This document shows, one piece after another, positions 1-9,937 of a stretch of DNA of 64,000 nucleotides. The notes beneath the pieces were generated by a model. The model worked only from the letters and a program-made list of their open reading frames with translations. It did no database searches and was not told where the DNA came from. The translations under genes and the position numbers were made by a program. Source of the stretch: Candidatus Sysuiplasma jiujiangense (GTDB lineage Archaea > Thermoplasmatota > Thermoplasmata > Sysuiplasmatales > Sysuiplasmataceae); NCBI GenBank assembly GCA_019721075.1, contig JAHEAD010000002.1:152949-216948 (forward strand), given 5' to 3'. Every line of letters begins with the position of its first letter. Position 1 is the first letter of the stretch.

Positions 1-1
1 C

Positions 2-1162
2 GAAGCGGACGAAAGAGTTGTGTTTGAAAATTCCATCATTCTTCCCGGTGCTGTGGACCTGCATGTCCACTTCAGGGAGCCGGGGCTCACGCAGAAGGAG
101 GATATAGAGAGCGGCAGCCTGTCCGCAGCCTTCGGCGGCGTAACATGCGTCGGTGAAATGCCAAACACTGTTCCACCCGCCATCACACCGGAAAGAGTCG
201 AGAAGAAAATTGAACTGTTCAAAAAGAAGTCATATGTCGACTTCGTTGTCTATGGTGGCCTCATGAAGGGCGTGAGGGTTGCCTCACTGTCAAAGAGGGC
301 GGCGGCCTTCAAGCTGTTTATGGGAAGTTCCACCGGAGACCTTGTGTGCGATGACCCTGAGCTTCAGATGGAGCTTATCCGTTCAGCTGCCGAATCTGGC
401 AAATTGGTCATCGTGCATGCCGAGGACGAATCCAGAAGGAACAGGATTTCCGAATCAAACCTCCGTGACCATTATCGTTCAAGGCCGCCGGAGTGCGAAA
501 CTGAAGCAGTCAAAAGGCTTATCGGTTTTTCAAACAGAGATTATCACCCCAGAATTCATGTGGCACATGCCACACTCAGGGAATCCGTGGAAATGGCCCA
601 CCCGGACAACATTACATTTGAGGTAACGCCTCATCATCTTCTTCTGGACTATGACATGCACCTCGGCACCTTCGGCAAGGTTAACCCTCCCCTCAGAAGG
701 CGTGATGACCGGATTGCACTCATCAGACTCCTGAATTCCGGTTTAGTCGATACAATAGGGTCCGACCATTCACCGCACACTCCTGAGGAAAAGGGTGACG
801 ATTTCGACTATGCTCCTTCGGGAATTCCCGGCGTCGAAACAATGCTGCCGCTGATGCTTAACCTCGTGGCGAACGAGGAGATGAAACTTGAAACACTGGT
901 CAGGGCAATAAGCGAGAATCCGTCAAAACTGCTTCACCTCAGAAAGGGAAAGATTGCCGTCGGATATGATGCAGACCTTGTTGTAGTGAATCTGCGCAGA
1001 ACGAGTGTCATCAAGGGAGAAAATCTTCACTCCAGATGCGGCTGGACGCCTTTTGAGGATTTCAGTGCAATTTTTCCAGAACGCGTGTATCTCCGTGGAA
1101 AAGAATTAATCAGTGGTTCGGCAGTTACCGGCAGGCCTAAGGCAAGAAACGCGGCTGAATGA
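2..1162 (+). CDS. pyrC: Dihydroorotase (amidohydrolase family), 5'-truncated by window edge
   Basis: DLHVHFREPG, EVTPHHL, KVNPPLR and SDHSPH motifs; frame is open back to the window start. Confidence 0.85.
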   Translation, partial: EADERVVFENSIILPGAVDLHVHFREPGLTQKEDIESGSLSAAFGGVTCVGEMPNTVPPAITPERVEKKIELFKKKSYVDFVVYGGLMKGVRVASLSKRAAAFKLFMGSSTGDLVCDDPELQMELIRSAAESGKLVIVHAEDESRRNRISESNLRDHYRSRPPECETEAVKRLIGFSNRDYHPRIHVAHATLRESVEMAHPDNITFEVTPHHLLLDYDMHLGTFGKVNPPLRRRDDRIALIRLLNSGLVDTIGSDHSPHTPEEKGDDFDYAPSGIPGVETMLPLMLNLVANEEMKLETLVRAISENPSKLLHLRKGKIAVGYDADLVVVNLRRTSVIKGENLHSRCGWTPFEDFSAIFPERVYLRGKELISGSAVTGRPKARNAAE

Positions 1163-1166
1163 TACG

Positions 1167-2318
1167 ATGGAAATCGATACTCAGGAGCTGAAGGGAAAGG
1201 TTTTCAGGTGCCTTGAAGGGTGCGGCCTGTGCTGCCTGTGCCAGCCGGAGCTCCTTCCTTCCGAGACCGCACAGTTTCTCTCCATAGAAAAATTGAAGAG
1301 TTCCGTGACAAGAAGTTCGATAGATCCGTCCAGAAAGGCCATAGCAATGTATGGCAATGGCGGTCCGTGCAGACTTCTCAGCGACAGAAAATGCACGGCT
1401 TATCCGCGGAGACCCCATTTCTGCAGAATTTTTCCCGTCCACACACATCTCATGTGGCGCATACAGCTCACGGTAGACCTCTCGTGCCGCGGTGTTTGGC
1501 GCGAGGACTGGAAGGAGAAAACTGGCGTGTATGAGGATCTCGAAGCATACGGCCTGAAAGAACTGCACAGCTACACCAGCGAGAAGCTCGAGAGGGAACT
1601 TGGCGAAGCACGGGAGGTCTACGGCGAATTCAGGGAGAACTGCATCGATGCCGACGTATGGATGGAGCCTGCCAGCATGAGGGAGCGTGCTTCCGCTCTG
1701 ATAGCACAGGGATACTTCTCATCACTTTCTGGCATAGGGCTGGTGCTTTCGGCGGCCGATGCCTGCCGAGGAAGCGGCCTGGACTTCATGACATCGCTCA
1801 GGCTTGCAGAAAGGACCGGCGCGCAGGATTCAGTTGCAGCGGCGCTGGAGGAACTGCTGGACGAGATGCTCTCAATAGAGGACATTGCGGACAGGCCTGT
1901 CTTCGTCGACAGGGATCTGAACTGGCTGGTTTTCGGCCATGACGGGGGACGCCCGGCAAAATTCAGGCTGGGCGAAAAGGGCGGTATTTCGAAGATCGGT
2001 TCGGCTGATTTTTCCGTCAGCGGCATATCTGCGAATCCGGCAGGCGCAGGAAGGCTCTCCGATTTCGCCGTCCTCACCAACCGCCGGGATGTTTTCCTGG
2101 GCTTCGTCTACTATATTGTGGATGACGCGGATTATGCCGACAGTGTTGAAAACATATATTTCGAGAATCTCGCCATGACACAGCTCGACCTGCTCCTCAG
2201 ATCAGCACTTGCAAATCCTTCAAGCAGTTCCAGCCTGGGACCGGAGCACATATCAGACGGAGTTGTTTTCATCGATATGGATATGCACGATGCACCGACG
2301 ATAGGATCTGTCATCTGA
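1167..2318 (+). CDS. YkgJ-family Cys-cluster (Fe-S/Zn) protein with long C-terminal extension
   Basis: CLEGCGLCCLC ... CRLL ... CTAYPRRPHFCRIFP ... SCRG; ATG at 1167 chosen just after the pyrC stop. Confidence 0.75.
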   Translation: MEIDTQELKGKVFRCLEGCGLCCLCQPELLPSETAQFLSIEKLKSSVTRSSIDPSRKAIAMYGNGGPCRLLSDRKCTAYPRRPHFCRIFPVHTHLMWRIQLTVDLSCRGVWREDWKEKTGVYEDLEAYGLKELHSYTSEKLERELGEAREVYGEFRENCIDADVWMEPASMRERASALIAQGYFSSLSGIGLVLSAADACRGSGLDFMTSLRLAERTGAQDSVAAALEELLDEMLSIEDIADRPVFVDRDLNWLVFGHDGGRPAKFRLGEKGGISKIGSADFSVSGISANPAGAGRLSDFAVLTNRRDVFLGFVYYIVDDADYADSVENIYFENLAMTQLDLLLRSALANPSSSSSLGPEHISDGVVFIDMDMHDAPTIGSVI

Positions 2319-2580
2319 TTCCTGCCGGCCATTCAGTCAACCTTACTGCAGACCACTCCCCAGACCGGATGATAAATCGCAGAAAGATTCGATGAAAATG
2401 GTGGATGCACATTCACCGTGCCCAGAAACGGCAGCCGCCGCGCAGGCAGCTGTTCAGCCCCAGGGCGGGCAGACCAATGTCGCTGGCAGCATACTGTCTC
2501 CTGCCCCTTTTAGTTTTTTTGAAACGCTTTTATTGTCCCCGAGATTTTGCGCAGCCATATTGATATTAGTATTTGTGTCA

Positions 2581-2608
2581 ATATAGATGATAATATTGTT
2601 ATCTATAT
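2581..2608. promoter_or_regulatory. Palindromic operator, probably PadR autoregulatory site
   Basis: ATATAGAT-GATAATATTGTT-ATCTATAT inverted repeat in an AT-rich tract 40 nt upstream of the PadR gene. Confidence 0.55.
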
Positions 2609-2647
2609 CGATGTCTATATATACAGGCTGCTGAATGGTAAAAAACA

Positions 2648-3181
2648 ATGCAGAAGACAGGAAAGTTAACCAGTGACAGGTGGCACACCGGTCTCATAGG
2701 GCTTTACGCACTGAAAATGATGGAGGAGGCACCGGTCTACGGTTATCAGATATCGCTTGTTATTTCGGAAAAGACACACCACACCTGGAAGCCGGGTGCA
2801 GGCTCAATCTATCCGGCACTCAAATCACTTGTCGGCAGGGGACTTGCTGAGGAAAAAGCTGTCTCTGGGAAGAAAATCTACAGCATAACAGCCGAGGGAA
2901 GGAAGGCGCTCAGGGGCATAAGATCGAGAGTGATAAACAGATCCTTTGACAGCATGGAAGTTTCAAGGCTGTGGTTCGATCTCATCGGCTCTGAAAATAT
3001 CGCCGATTTTGTTATCGGAAGACTGAGGAGAGATCTCAGGAATCTGGAGGAACTGATTGACGGTGCGGACTACGACCTGACTCCTTCCGAAAGGGATTAT
3101 GTTATCACAATGTCACTGTCGGAGATGGAGAGAACCAAGGCGAAACTCGAAGAGAAAAAAACCAGGGGGCACACCAGATGA
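2648..3181 (+). CDS. PadR-family transcriptional regulator
   Basis: PVYGYQI ... WKPGAGSIYPALKSL ... KKIYSITAEG winged-helix signature. Confidence 0.9.
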   Translation: MQKTGKLTSDRWHTGLIGLYALKMMEEAPVYGYQISLVISEKTHHTWKPGAGSIYPALKSLVGRGLAEEKAVSGKKIYSITAEGRKALRGIRSRVINRSFDSMEVSRLWFDLIGSENIADFVIGRLRRDLRNLEELIDGADYDLTPSERDYVITMSLSEMERTKAKLEEKKTRGHTR

Positions 3182-4191
3182 CGGCGATCATTCAGAACGG
3201 GACCGACGCTCAGGATCCGAATTTCGAGATACGGACAAGAGATCTTGTCAAGAACTACGGCCATGTCAGGGCGCTTGACAATGTCAGCATCGACATACAG
3301 TCGGGCACGATATTCGGTCTTCTCGGTCCCAACGGCGCGGGAAAGACAACACTTATCAAGGTACTGACAGCCCTCATAAAACCGGACGGGGGGGAAGCAA
3401 CGGTTGCAGGCTACGACATACTCAGGCAGTCCAACGAGGTAAAGAAGAGAATCGGATGGGTTGCGGCAGAGGTCATACTCGATGACGACCTCACGGCAAT
3501 GGAAAACCTCTGGCTCCAGGCAAAACTGCAGAACATGAAGGATTGGAAGGAGACTGCAAAAAGGCTGCTTGATTACTTCGATCTGTCCGACAGAGCTGAA
3601 AGCAAAGTGAAGGAATTCTCCACAGGCATGCGCAAGAAGCTGGAAATTGCTCTTGCGCTGCTTCACAGCCCGTCCGTGATTTTCATGGATGAGCCGACAA
3701 TAGGTCTTGATCCTGGAACAAGAAGAATGCTCTGGGATCTGATCACGGGCATAAACAGGAACTACGGCATAACGGTGCTGCTCACCACCCATTACATCGA
3801 GGAGGCTGATGCACTGTGCGATCACCTTGCAATAATCAACAGGGGCAAAATCGCAGCCGTAGGCACGCCATCCGAGCTTAAATCACGTGTCAAAGGCGAA
3901 CTGATAGAAATCGAGACAGCCTCTCCCGCAGATGCTTCCGTATTCGGCGCCCTTCCCGGTGTCCGTGACATTAAGTCCGATGGAAACAGGATTACGGTGA
4001 GGGTGGACTCGTCAGAGGAAACGCTGCCGCTCATACTTTCCAAAATGAATACGCTGTCGATTCGAAAAATCAATGTGGAGAAGCCGAGCCTCGAGACTGT
4101 GTTTCTGGATATAACCGGAACGAGAATTGACGAGGAGGCACAGGTGGATATCAGGAAATTCTATGCAAACATAAGGAGGGCGAGACAATGA
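3178..4191 (+). CDS. ABC-2 (DrrA-like) exporter ATP-binding subunit
   Basis: Walker A GPNGAGKT, FSTGM signature, FMDEPT, TTHY; ATGA overlap with PadR. Confidence 0.92.
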   Translation: MTAIIQNGTDAQDPNFEIRTRDLVKNYGHVRALDNVSIDIQSGTIFGLLGPNGAGKTTLIKVLTALIKPDGGEATVAGYDILRQSNEVKKRIGWVAAEVILDDDLTAMENLWLQAKLQNMKDWKETAKRLLDYFDLSDRAESKVKEFSTGMRKKLEIALALLHSPSVIFMDEPTIGLDPGTRRMLWDLITGINRNYGITVLLTTHYIEEADALCDHLAIINRGKIAAVGTPSELKSRVKGELIEIETASPADASVFGALPGVRDIKSDGNRITVRVDSSEETLPLILSKMNTLSIRKINVEKPSLETVFLDITGTRIDEEAQVDIRKFYANIRRARQ

Positions 4192-4967
4192 CCGCCGATT
4201 CGGTGAGTCAGTTCGAAGGCCTCTTTGTAAGAGAAATAAAGAGGATTTACAGGAATCCGCTTGTCATTCTGATCACTGTTGTACAGCCATTCCTGTGGCT
4301 GGCATTCTTCGGCAGCAGTTTTGCCGATGCCCCGAAATCGTTTCTGCTGAGTTACTTTGGCACGAAAGACTATATCGCATTCCTCCTGCCCGGTGTGCTC
4401 TCAACATCCATGCTTACCATCGGGATGTTCGGTTCGATGAGTTCAATTCAGGACAAGCGATTTGGCTACATGAAGCGCATACTGATAACACCCACAAGCA
4501 AGTCGGTTGTATTTCTCTCAAAGGTCTTTGGCGCGACTGTCAGGGGGCTCATTCAGATACCGGTGATGATTGTAGCAGCAGTCCTTTTTGGCGTCCATTT
4601 TGATGTCGGGCTTGACTGGATCGGATGGTTCCTCGCACTTTTCCTGCTCGGACTGGGCTTCTCATCGATGTTCCTTGGCCTGACAGTTTCAAGCACCGAC
4701 TGGCAGACCCCGGGCGTATTGTCAAATTTCATAACACTGCCACTGATGTTTGCGAGCACGGCGCTCTTCCCTAAGGCGGGCTTCCCTTCATGGATGAAGG
4801 CCATTTCCAGCGTTAATCCGGTAACATTTTCAGCCACTCTCGGCAGGAGCATAGTTCTAGGGTCATCAGACCCGAACTGGATTTACCTCGGTTATCTTGG
4901 AATATTCGCCCTCCTCATGATTGTGCTGGGAACATTTGCAGCCAGCAGATGGCTCAAAGTGGAATGA
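4188..4967 (+). CDS. ABC-2 (DrrB-like) permease
   Basis: About 6 hydrophobic segments, YIAFLLPG and NPVT motifs; ATGA overlap with the ATPase. Confidence 0.88.
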   Translation: MTADSVSQFEGLFVREIKRIYRNPLVILITVVQPFLWLAFFGSSFADAPKSFLLSYFGTKDYIAFLLPGVLSTSMLTIGMFGSMSSIQDKRFGYMKRILITPTSKSVVFLSKVFGATVRGLIQIPVMIVAAVLFGVHFDVGLDWIGWFLALFLLGLGFSSMFLGLTVSSTDWQTPGVLSNFITLPLMFASTALFPKAGFPSWMKAISSVNPVTFSATLGRSIVLGSSDPNWIYLGYLGIFALLMIVLGTFAASRWLKVE

Positions 4968-5029
4968 GAGAAAAACTTTCCAACTTTAAATATGCCACAT
5001 ACACTGAAATATAAAAGGGAGAAACGGAA

Positions 5030-5980
5030 ATGCAATCGCTTGTTGCCGAATATCTATCTAAACAGTATGGAACGCTGAAAGCACTGGACAATCTTGACAT
5101 CGAACTGAAAGGAGGAAAATGCGTCGGATTTCTGGGTCCGAACGGTGCTGGAAAAACAACCACCCTGAAGCTTTTTACAGACATGATAAGGCCCACATCC
5201 GGCAGAGCGCTGATAAATGGTTACGATGTAAGGAAGGAAAAGAAAAAAGCGCTTGCATCGTGCGGTGCGCTGGTGGAGACACCAGAGATATATCCGTCTC
5301 TTACGCCGAGGGAGTCCCTGTCGATGCTCGCAGAAATAAGAGGATTGCCCAGAAGCGAATACAGGAAGAGAGTTGACGAAGTCATTAGCAGTGTGAAAAT
5401 GGAGGACTGGACGGATCAGAAAGTGGGCAAGTTCTCCAAGGGGATGAAGCAGAGAATCAATGTTGCTGCTGCTCTGCTGTCGGACCCTGAAATAATAATA
5501 CTGGACGAGCCTACCAGCGGCCTCGATCCGAGGGGCATGGCAGAAGTCAGGGATATTGTAAAGTCGCTTAAGGCGAGAAACATACTGATTTTCATGAGTT
5601 CGCATCTCCTGGCAGAGGTACAGGAGGTATGCGACGAAGTCGCAATTATAGACCACGGAAAACTGCTTGTCCATGGAACAATCTCCGAGGTGACGTCAAA
5701 GTTTTCAGGCCGCCCATCCGTCAGGAGCTTCGATGCGGAGTTCCTGAATGAATGGACTGCGGAGGCAATAGCCGACAGACTCGGACAAATCAGCGGGATT
5801 GTATCCATTGAAAAACCAGGCAGCAGTAAAGTAAGGATAAATTTCAACGGCACGCTGGAGGAACAGGCGCGGCTGCTTGCTGCGCTGGCAGGTTCCGGAA
5901 TGGGGCTGATAACGTTCAGGGAATCATCTTCCACCGCACTAGAGGACACGTATATGAATCTGATAAAGGAGACACTGTAA
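5030..5980 (+). CDS. ABC-2 type ATP-binding protein
   Basis: GPNGAGKT, FSKGMKQR, ILDEPTSGLDP, SSHLL. Confidence 0.92.
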   Translation: MQSLVAEYLSKQYGTLKALDNLDIELKGGKCVGFLGPNGAGKTTTLKLFTDMIRPTSGRALINGYDVRKEKKKALASCGALVETPEIYPSLTPRESLSMLAEIRGLPRSEYRKRVDEVISSVKMEDWTDQKVGKFSKGMKQRINVAAALLSDPEIIILDEPTSGLDPRGMAEVRDIVKSLKARNILIFMSSHLLAEVQEVCDEVAIIDHGKLLVHGTISEVTSKFSGRPSVRSFDAEFLNEWTAEAIADRLGQISGIVSIEKPGSSKVRINFNGTLEEQARLLAALAGSGMGLITFRESSSTALEDTYMNLIKETL

Positions 5981-6861
5981 TGACTGCAGCAGAGAACTTC
6001 GTGAAAATGGAAATGCAGGGGGACGGCATCCAGGGTATTCCGGGAGGCATCACTCAGGCGATCAAGATTGCAAAGTACGAGATGCTCAATTATATCAGAT
6101 CGAGACGCTTCTATGTGCTCCTCCTCATCGATTTGATAATAGGCGGCCTGCTCACAGTCATCGTCGGATACTACCGGCCCTCGTCCGTTCTGGCCAGCAC
6201 ACTTTCATTCTATTCCACATGGTGGGGAAGCATCATCGGTTTCCTCGTAGTGCTCTCCTGCATATTCTTCGGCGGCGACGCAATCTCCGGTGAATTTCAG
6301 AACAGGACCGGCTACTTCCTGATCGGCAATCCGATCAGAAGGTCATCCGTCTACACAGGCAAATTTATCGGTGCGCTACTCTCAGCCCTTGTTGTTGTCT
6401 TCCTATACTTCTTCATCGCGCTTGCGAATGGCATCTACTACTTCGGAGCATCTGTCCCGTCGCAGCTCATCGAATCGCTTCTTTTCTCGCTCGTGTATCT
6501 CCTGTCGGTCATGGGATTCACATTTTTTTTCAGCTCCCTTTTCAGGAGTTCGGTCACCTCAGTCATACTCACAGCAATCCTCTTCCTGTTTGTATTCTCA
6601 ACAGTGCAGACATTCCTCAGCCTGTTTGTCGGCATCGAGCCGTGGTTTCTTATCAGCTACGGTGCAGGCATAATTTCAGCCGTATTTACAGTTCCATATC
6701 CCACACACAGTTCCAAATCTGTCAGCAGATTCGGGCTGCACCTGTCGTCGGTGACCACGTATACGCCGACCATTGTTGAAGGGCTGCTCATCATGGTTGC
6801 ATACTTCATCATATCCGTTCTGCTAGGACTCCTGCTCTTTGAAAGAAGCGAATTCAGATGA
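5980..6861 (+). CDS. ABC-2 type permease (NosY/ABC2_membrane-like)
   Basis: Multi-TM; GDAISGEFQNRTG...PIRRSSVYTGK loop; TAATG overlap. Confidence 0.85.
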   Translation: MTAAENFVKMEMQGDGIQGIPGGITQAIKIAKYEMLNYIRSRRFYVLLLIDLIIGGLLTVIVGYYRPSSVLASTLSFYSTWWGSIIGFLVVLSCIFFGGDAISGEFQNRTGYFLIGNPIRRSSVYTGKFIGALLSALVVVFLYFFIALANGIYYFGASVPSQLIESLLFSLVYLLSVMGFTFFFSSLFRSSVTSVILTAILFLFVFSTVQTFLSLFVGIEPWFLISYGAGIISAVFTVPYPTHSSKSVSRFGLHLSSVTTYTPTIVEGLLIMVAYFIISVLLGLLLFERSEFR

Positions 6862-6978
6862 ATTGATTCGACGGTATCACGGCATAGCCAATGATCCGCA
6901 AACCTTCATGAGCGTCATTAAAACAGAACGCCGTATTTCTTCCAAAAGGTTAATAAACAACAGCAAAATGTGACATCC

Positions 6979-7203
6979 ATGGCAACTGCTGTCAAGCCGC
7001 TTGCGTTCCTCGCACAGGCGATGGAATCGCATGTCATGGTTGAGCTGAAAGGCAACCGGGGATACAGGGGCATACTGGACGGCTACGATCCTCATATGAA
7101 CATAGTGCTAAAGAACGCGGAAGAGATAGTAAACAACGAAGTTGTCCGAAAACTGGAAGTTGCCATAGTCAGAGGCGACAACGTTATATACATATCACCC
7201 TGA
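6979..7203 (+). CDS. Sm-like archaeal protein SmAP1 (Lsm)
   Basis: VELKGNRGYRGILDGYDPHMNIVL (Sm1) and IVRGDNVIYISP (Sm2). Confidence 0.95.
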   Translation: MATAVKPLAFLAQAMESHVMVELKGNRGYRGILDGYDPHMNIVLKNAEEIVNNEVVRKLEVAIVRGDNVIYISP

Positions 7204-7213
7204 GGGATGATTT

Positions 7214-7378
7214 ATGGGCAAGGGAACACCGTCACAGGGAAAGAGAAGCAGAAACAAGTCACACATAATCTGCAGAAGATGCGGAAGACATTCATACAAC
7301 ATAAAGGGCTTCTGCTCCTCATGCGGTTACGGAAAGAGCGCTAAGGCCAGAAACTATTCATGGGCTAAAGCCCATTAG
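7214..7378 (+). CDS. rpl37e: 50S ribosomal protein L37e (absent from the ORF track)
   Basis: Hand translation [54 protein letters not shown]; CxxC...CxxC Zn ribbon; classic position after SmAP1. Confidence 0.95.
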   Translation: MGKGTPSQGKRSRNKSHIICRRCGRHSYNIKGFCSSCGYGKSAKARNYSWAKAH

Positions 7379-7390
7379 CGAAGTGAAAAA

Positions 7391-8827
7391 ATGAATTCCG
7401 ACAAAGCCGGACACAAGTGTGGCGTTGTCGGCATGATCTCAAGCAATAATGTTGCCCCCGCTCTTTATGCGAGCCTCAGGATAATGCAGCACAGAGGGCA
7501 GAACAGTGCGGGTATCGCGGTCAGCTCATCCGAGGAAACAATCAAGGCGGTCAAGGGTCTCGGCCTTGCCCACGAGGTTTTCAATGGCGAAAATATTTCG
7601 TCGTTGACATCGCATTCCGGCATAGGGCATGTGCGCTATCCCACGACGGGAGACGACATGATCGAGAACGTGCAGCCGCTTGTCCTGAGTTCTGCGGTCG
7701 GCGATGTTGCCTTGGGGCATAATGGCGATATTGTCAACTCGAACGTACTGAGGGAGCGTCTGGAGAATGAAGGCTGGGGTTTTTTCTCGACGACGGACAC
7801 CGAACTGGTCCTCCGCCTGATTGTGAACGAACTGAAGGACATGTACGAACCGGCGAGGGCCATCAGGAACGCCCTTAGGCGTGTTGAAGGAGGCTATGCT
7901 TTTACACTGATGATAGGCAGCAGGGTATTCGGCATCAGGGATCCTTTAGGCATACGGCCCCTCGCACTCGGCAGGATCCCGGGCGGCTATGCAATAGCAA
8001 GCGAAAGCGTAGTCTTTGACATGCTTGACGGCGAGCTGATACGCGATTTCTATCCCGGAGAGATAATCGAGCTGACAGACGGGGATTACCTGTCATTTCC
8101 GGCACCTTTGCAGCCCGAGAAGGCAGAGAAGGCAAATTGCATGTTCGAGTACGTCTACTTCGCGAGACCTGACAGTGTAATCGACGGCAAGTCGGTTTTC
8201 GAAGTGAGGCGCAACATAGGCCGCGTACTTGCCAGGGAGAGACCGGCCGACGCGGATGTCATCATACCCGTCCCGGATTCTGGCAGAACCCATGCGATTG
8301 GATTCTGCGAAGTGTCTGGAATTCCTCTTTCTGAGGGGTTGATGAAGAACAGATTCATTGAAAGAACTTTCATTATGCCGGAGCAGAGTGCCAGGGAGAA
8401 TAGCGTCTCGCTGAAGCTGAATCCTCTCAGACCGGTAATCAGGGGAAAGAGAGTTGTGATAATAGACGATAGTATTGTCCGCGGCACAACGATGAAAAAG
8501 ATTGTCCAGATGGTGAGAAAGGCGGGCGCCACTGAAGTGCATGTGAGAATCGGCTGCCCGATGATTGTTGCCCCTTGCTACTACGGTGTTGATATGAAGA
8601 CAAGGGACCAGTTCATAGCCGTGGGCAAGAGCGAGGACGATATTGCAAGGGAAATAACCGCTGACAGCCTCGGCTATCTCAGTATACAGGGTCTTGTGGA
8701 GGCGCTTGGCATAAAGGGTTCCGACCTCTGCCTCGGCTGCCTCACAGCGGAATATCCAACGAAGGTCCCCGGCGAAAGGATGAGATTCCAGAGAAGTCTT
8801 GAAAGCTTTCAGAAAATACAGGCCTGA
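7391..8827 (+). CDS. purF: Amidophosphoribosyltransferase
   Basis: Short propeptide then Cys (KCGVVG), QHRGQ, CMFEYVYFARPDS, PRPP site VIIDDSIVRGTT. Confidence 0.96.
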   Translation: MNSDKAGHKCGVVGMISSNNVAPALYASLRIMQHRGQNSAGIAVSSSEETIKAVKGLGLAHEVFNGENISSLTSHSGIGHVRYPTTGDDMIENVQPLVLSSAVGDVALGHNGDIVNSNVLRERLENEGWGFFSTTDTELVLRLIVNELKDMYEPARAIRNALRRVEGGYAFTLMIGSRVFGIRDPLGIRPLALGRIPGGYAIASESVVFDMLDGELIRDFYPGEIIELTDGDYLSFPAPLQPEKAEKANCMFEYVYFARPDSVIDGKSVFEVRRNIGRVLARERPADADVIIPVPDSGRTHAIGFCEVSGIPLSEGLMKNRFIERTFIMPEQSARENSVSLKLNPLRPVIRGKRVVIIDDSIVRGTTMKKIVQMVRKAGATEVHVRIGCPMIVAPCYYGVDMKTRDQFIAVGKSEDDIAREITADSLGYLSIQGLVEALGIKGSDLCLGCLTAEYPTKVPGERMRFQRSLESFQKIQA

Positions 8828-8897
8828 AATTTAAGGAATGGCCTGCAAAATGATTATAACACATCACAATATGCAACACCTGTACACCAGCAGACAT

Positions 8898-8970
8898 GGG
8901 CCGGTAGATCAGTTGGAAGATCGCTACCTTGGCATGGTAGAGGCCACGGGTTCAAATCCCGCCCGGTCCA
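8898..8970 (+). tRNA. tRNA-Ala(GGC)
   Basis: GGGCCGG/CCGGTCC acceptor with G3:U70; CTACC-TTGGCAT-GGTAG anticodon arm; TTCAAAT T-loop; CCA not encoded. Confidence 0.95.
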
Positions 8971-9044
8971 TACTCACATAAGTTTAGAACTAGTTTTTAA
9001 GAGATTTTAAACGATTTCAATCTGAACTTGAACTTATATTGATA

Positions 9045-9118
9045 TGGGTCCGTCCGGATTTGAACCGGAATCTATAGGTCCCGAACCTACAAGGATAACC
9101 AAGTTACCCCACGGACCC
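9045..9118 (-). tRNA. tRNA-Pro(CGG)
   Basis: Reverse complement GGGTCCG...GTAGG-TTCGGGA-CCTAT...TCCGG-TTCAAAT-CCGGA-CGGACCC-A. Confidence 0.93.
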
Positions 9119-9294
9119 TGGCTGGTTGACGCAGAGAATATTCACAGATTAAGAAGTTTCCTCCAAAATCAAAGTGCGCATTAACCGGTTGTTTCTTTCC
9201 TCCAGGGGCAGGCATACCTTTCTGAAATTCGAAACCATTTAAATATAATAAATATCACTATACACTGCGCTATCGTTTGAAGCCTGGTAACACG

Positions 9295-9855
9295 ATGAAT
9301 GCACATGACAGTAAACTGAATTTGAAAACTGCCGTTTTGGGTGGCGGATGCTTCTGGTGCACCGATGCAGTTTTTTCCGAAGTGATCGGAGTTGAAAGAA
9401 CTGAATGCGGCTATGCCGGCGGGAACGTGGAAAATCCTTCCTACGAACTTGTCTGTTCGGGAAACACAGGGCACGCTGAAGTTGTCAGGATAGCATATGA
9501 TCCGCTGAAGATTGATTACAGAAGCATTCTCGAAATTTTCTTTGCAACGCATGACCCGACGACGGTGGACAGGCAGGGGCCCGATTACGGCTCCCAGTAC
9601 AGATCAATAATACTATATCAGACCCAGGAAGAGAAACAAATTGCGGAGCACCTTATCGCTGAAATGACGGAGCAGAAGGTATTCGACGATCCCATTGTCA
9701 CGGAAGTTGTTCCGCTCAATGATTTTTATCCTGCCGAGGAATACCATCAGAAATTTTTCAGCAGGAATCCCGGCAAGCCGTACTGCAGGATAGTCATAGG
9801 ACCGAAGGTTTCAAAATTCAGGAAGAAGCACCAGGATCTGCTGAAAACGGCTTAA
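9295..9855 (+). CDS. msrA: Peptide-methionine (S)-sulfoxide reductase
   Basis: GGGCFWC active site, TGHAEVV, HDPTT..RQG.D.G.QYRS, AEEYHQ. Confidence 0.95.
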   Translation: MNAHDSKLNLKTAVLGGGCFWCTDAVFSEVIGVERTECGYAGGNVENPSYELVCSGNTGHAEVVRIAYDPLKIDYRSILEIFFATHDPTTVDRQGPDYGSQYRSIILYQTQEEKQIAEHLIAEMTEQKVFDDPIVTEVVPLNDFYPAEEYHQKFFSRNPGKPYCRIVIGPKVSKFRKKHQDLLKTA

Positions 9856-9937
9856 CTTCGGAGATGCGGAATAATTCGTCAATAAACGATTCGAATATCG
9901 TCAATATTAAATAAGGCGACCAGCAATCGACCTCAAT

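Noticed and set aside
2454..2648. Low-complexity minus-strand ORF (IDIDIDNNIII)
   Set aside because: By-product of the AT-rich palindromic operator region
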